Below are positions 63,801-64,000 of a DNA stretch of 64,000 nucleotides, in pieces (the first letter of the stretch is position 1; every line of letters begins with the position of its first letter). The position numbers and the translations under genes were made by a program. A model generated the notes under the pieces. The model was given only the letters and a program-made list of their open reading frames with translations, did no database searches and was not told the DNA's origin. The stretch lies in the NCBI GenBank assembly GCA_973895155.1, contig OZ316895.1, positions 16,720,170 through 16,784,169 of the forward strand, written 5' to 3'. The stretch is from Marsupella aquatica. Lineage: Eukaryota > Plantae > Marchantiophyta.

Positions 63801-64000
63801 GTTACTAGAGAGGGGATGCATTGTCTTCTCCAATTCCCGATTTGAACTTTTTTCTTGGTACGTCCACACAGGCTGAGAGGGCCAAGCAGGAAGGCCGATC
63901 CAAGGAGGAATCAGTGAAGAAGCTGGAAGACAGCCTACGAAGCACGGAGGTCAGGTTAAAAGTGAAAGAGCATCAATATCAAACGTTAGTAGATAAGGTG
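57872..64000 (+). CDS. Malectin-domain kinesin-14 (MDKIN / KIN14E-Q-R-like), multi-exon, 3' end beyond the window
   Basis: Phase-consistent exons 57872-58064, 58743-59038, 59252-59414, 59658-59707 and 59894-60056, then further exons. Malectin domain (ALNAGG...LYQTARYGN...[22 protein letters not shown]), ECHEAWISL coiled coil, neck [25 protein letters not shown]-loop [58 protein letters not shown]. Confidence 0.95.
62354..62662. repeat. Near-perfect tandem duplication of about 155 bp inside a kinesin intron
   Basis: AGATTTTCTGGACAATCGGC...GATCTCAGGTCGAC occurs at about 62354-62505 and 62510-62662 with only a few differences. Confidence 0.92.

Overview
Eukaryotic, intron-containing land-plant DNA. 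Gene structure and repeat landscape suggest a bryophyte such as a liverwort (inference). Four recognisable protein genes: an ORG4-like conserved plant protein (minus, 6 exons, 15476-19087); an intronless receptor-like cytoplasmic kinase with degenerate catalytic motifs (minus, 23492-25408); a QUA2/TSD2-type putative pectin methyltransferase (minus, 8 exons, 38409-43177, one probable GC-AG intron); and a malectin-domain kinesin-14 (plus, from 57872, running off the window end). The rest is an LRR pseudogene, LINE and MULE remnants, MITE-like elements and short tandem repeats. Most notable: (1) a decayed DDE transposase at about 47.6-54.8 kb with P-element-like signatures (DET...SDGD...DxxH...ExFFS), split by a 4.1-kb TG...CA insertion with a perfect 5-bp target-site duplication; (2) a putative orphan gene at about 8-14.9 kb built from chains of micro-exons that stay in frame when spliced; (3) the probable pseudokinase. 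All family assignments come from motif recognition by eye; no database search was run.
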